Shown here: piece after piece, positions 9,280 through 11,534 of the stretch
Numbering within the stretch: the stretch's first letter is position 1
Layout: every line of letters begins with the position of its first letter
NCBI GenBank assembly: GCA_043810925.1
Contig: JBDRNT010000149.1
Span: 1 to 11,534 of the forward strand
Origin: Candidatus Eiseniibacteriota bacterium
GTDB taxonomy: Bacteria; Arandabacterota; Arandabacteria; Arandabacterales; Arandabacteraceae
Reading direction: 5' to 3'
Length of the DNA stretch: 11,534 bases
Made by a program: the position numbers and the translations under genes
Notes under the pieces: generated by a model
Seen by the model: only the letters and a program-made list of their open reading frames with translations
Database searches by the model: none
Told to the model about the DNA's origin: nothing

Positions 9280-11367
9280 ATGAGGAGATTCCCTCTCGAG
9301 AAAACCAGGAACATCGGCATAGCGGCGCATATAGACGCGGGGAAGACCACCCTGACCGAGCGCATACTCTACTATACGGGAAGAGTACACAGACTCGGCG
9401 AGGTCGATGACGGCGCGGCGACGATGGACTGGATGGAGATAGAAAAGGAAAGGGGCATCACGATCACCTCGGCTGCCACATCCTGTGTCTGGCGGGACTA
9501 CAGAGTGAACATAATCGACACGCCGGGCCATGTGGATTTCACGATTGAGGTTGAGCGTTCCCTCCGAGTACTCGACGGGGTTGTGGTGGTGTTCTGTGGT
9601 GTGGGCGGGGTCGAGCCTCAATCGGAGACCGTGTGGCGCCAGGCCGACAGGTACAGTGTCCCCAGGATCGCCTTTATCAACAAGATGGACCGGGTGGGAG
9701 CGGATTTCGACCGGGCCGTAGAGATGATGCGGAAGAATCTCGGCTCAAATGCCGTGCCGGTTGAAATGCCGATGGGAAGCGGCAGAGAACTCAAGGGAGT
9801 TATCGATCTGATCGAGATGAAGGCATACACATACGATGATGCGACATACGGCATGGAGTTCGATGTGCTTGATATACCGGATCAGTATGTAGATGAGGCC
9901 CTTTTGAGAAGGGACAGGCTTGTTGAGGTGCTTACCGACTATGATGATGAGCTGATGGCTGACTATCTGGACGGCGGAGACATCGACGAGACACGGATCA
10001 AGACGGCTCTGAGGAGAGCGACTATCGCCGCCGCGGTCACTCCGGTACTCTGCGGTGCGGCCTTGAGAAACAAGGGGGTCCAGAAGGTACTCGATGCAGT
10101 TGTTGACTACCTGCCGTCTCCCGACGAGGTGCCGCCCATGGAGGGTATAAACCCAAGAACGGAAGAAACCGAGAGACGCAGGCCGAGTGATGATGAACCT
10201 TTCTCGGCACTGGTCTTTAAGATAATGAGCGATCCCTTTGTCGGCAAACTCACCTACCTGAGGGTCTACTCGGGCAGGCTGACTCCCGGAATGAGTGCCT
10301 ACAACGCCGGAAGACGCCACAGGGAGAGGATTGCAAAGATCCTGCTGATGCACGCAAACAAGCGCGAAGAGCTCGACTGCGCCTTTGCTGGAGATATAGT
10401 CGGTGTGGTTGGTATCAAGAAGAGTTATACGGGGGATACCCTGAGTGATACCAAGTATCCGATAACCTTTGAGTCTATGGTGTTCCCCGAACCCGTGATT
10501 ACGGTTGCGATCGAACCCAGGACCAGAGCCGACCAGGAGAAACTGACCTCATCGCTGAACAGGCTGGCTGAGGAAGACCCGACATTCAGGGTACGTGAGG
10601 ATGAGGAAAGCGGCCAGACGGTGATCTCGGGAATGGGCGAGCTGCATCTCGACATCCTGGTTGACAGGATGATACGTGAATTCGGAGTTAGAGCCAATGT
10701 CGGGAAGCCCCAGGTTGCATACAGGGAAACCATAACCGCATGTGCCGGGGGAGAGGGCAAGTTCGCCAAGCAGGCGGCAGGTGGGGGCAAGGGTCAGTTC
10801 GGACATGTGGTTATAGAGCTGGAGCCGCTGCCGAGGGGCGCGGGTTTCGAATTTGAATCGGAGATCACAGCCGAGACCATACCGGACAAGCTGATTCCGA
10901 GTGTCGAGGAAAGCATTCACGATTCGCTTGAAAACGGAGTCCTTGCCGGGTACCGGGTTGTGGATGTAAAGGCGAGGCTCATCGGCGGATCGTATCACGA
11001 ACAGGACTCAACCGACGTGGCATACAAAATCGCCGCTGCGATTGCGGTCCGCGATGCTATGATCAGGGCAAAACCGATACTGATGGAACCTGTTATGAAA
11101 GTTGAAGTTGTCGTTCCTGAAGAATTTGTCGGCGATGTGATTGGAGATCTCAATACAAGACGCGGCAAGGTCGGCGGCAGCCTGTTGAGAGCCGACGGAC
11201 ATATTGTCAAGGCAACGGTGCCGCTTTCGGAGATGTTCGGATATGCGACCGGTCTGCGTTCAGCGACACAGGGCAGGGCACTCTTCACCATGGAGTTTTC
11301 CAACTATGATGAGGTGCCGAGGCGCATCGCCGAGAAGATGTCGGCACGGATAGAAGGTGTCGGTTGA
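9280..11367 (+). CDS. fusA: Elongation factor G (str-operon copy, divergent); 695 aa from ATG9280, or 709 aa from alternative in-frame ATG9238
   Basis: [15 protein letters not shown] (G1), ERGITI (G2), DTPGHVDF (G3), NKMDR (G4), [44 protein letters not shown]9280 gives a typical N-terminus ([13 protein letters not shown]) with SD-like GAGGGG at 9264-9269; the start choice is not certain. Confidence 0.96.
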   Translation: MRRFPLEKTRNIGIAAHIDAGKTTLTERILYYTGRVHRLGEVDDGAATMDWMEIEKERGITITSAATSCVWRDYRVNIIDTPGHVDFTIEVERSLRVLDGVVVVFCGVGGVEPQSETVWRQADRYSVPRIAFINKMDRVGADFDRAVEMMRKNLGSNAVPVEMPMGSGRELKGVIDLIEMKAYTYDDATYGMEFDVLDIPDQYVDEALLRRDRLVEVLTDYDDELMADYLDGGDIDETRIKTALRRATIAAAVTPVLCGAALRNKGVQKVLDAVVDYLPSPDEVPPMEGINPRTEETERRRPSDDEPFSALVFKIMSDPFVGKLTYLRVYSGRLTPGMSAYNAGRRHRERIAKILLMHANKREELDCAFAGDIVGVVGIKKSYTGDTLSDTKYPITFESMVFPEPVITVAIEPRTRADQEKLTSSLNRLAEEDPTFRVREDEESGQTVISGMGELHLDILVDRMIREFGVRANVGKPQVAYRETITACAGGEGKFAKQAAGGGKGQFGHVVIELEPLPRGAGFEFESEITAETIPDKLIPSVEESIHDSLENGVLAGYRVVDVKARLIGGSYHEQDSTDVAYKIAAAIAVRDAMIRAKPILMEPVMKVEVVVPEEFVGDVIGDLNTRRGKVGGSLLRADGHIVKATVPLSEMFGYATGLRSATQGRALFTMEFSNYDEVPRRIAEKMSARIEGVG

Positions 11368-11382
11368 TTCGGGTGAGGTATT

Positions 11383-11388
11383 AGGAGG
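11383..11388 (+). promoter_or_regulatory. Shine-Dalgarno site of tuf
   Basis: AGGAGG 7 nt upstream of ATG11396. Confidence 0.9.
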
Positions 11389-11395
11389 GAGTAAG

Positions 11396-11534
11396 ATGGC
11401 GAAGGCTAAGTTTGAGCGGACCAAGCCACACTTGAATGTAGGAACGATCGGGCACATAGATCACGGCAAGACGACCTTGACGAGTGCGATGACGATGTGC
11501 ATGAGCCAGCAGGGTCTGGCAGAGGTCCGGTCAT
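11396..11534 (+). CDS. tuf: Elongation factor Tu, 3'-partial (absent from the supplied ORF track)
   Basis: Manual translation [48 protein letters not shown]-Tu N-terminus with G1 motif, strong SD, directly after fusA; runs off the window. Confidence 0.98.
   Translation, partial: MAKAKFERTKPHLNVGTIGHIDHGKTTLTSAMTMCMSQQGLAEVRS

Noticed and set aside
9280..11367. fusA as a TetM/TetO ribosomal protection protein or a pseudogene
   Set aside because: Full-length intact frame in the str position with EF-G-specific motifs ([27 protein letters not shown]).
4185..11381. Recurrent GAGGTAT in three spacers (4185, 8285, 11375)
   Set aside because: Mostly the Shine-Dalgarno core; the extra shared bases are too few to support a separate motif.
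4242..11457. Remaining antisense and out-of-frame ORFs overlapping rpoC, rpsL, rpsG, fusA and tuf
   Set aside because: All lie over essential genes and have no protein-family signal.

Overview
Ordinary but very compact core housekeeping region, all on the + strand: rplL (5'-truncated) - rpoB - rpoC - rpsL - rpsG - fusA - tuf (3'-truncated). The rif and str clusters are directly joined, with spacers of 17-29 nt except one of ~100 nt before fusA. I see no mobile elements, CRISPR arrays, RNA genes, inteins or accessory genes. RNA polymerase indels (KPQK-type insert in beta', beta-i9 present, beta-i11 absent) suggest an FCB-superphylum or related candidate-phylum bacterium (inference). I found no clearly new multi-gene system. 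The best leads are (1) a str-operon EF-G with degenerate domain IV tip loops and G-domain motifs, reminiscent of sub-functionalised spdEFG2/mtEFG2-like factors, and (2) the structured rpsG-fusA spacer, which has mutually exclusive hairpins and two mini-ORFs abutting the two possible fusA starts. Comparisons with canonical motifs are from memory, not from alignments.
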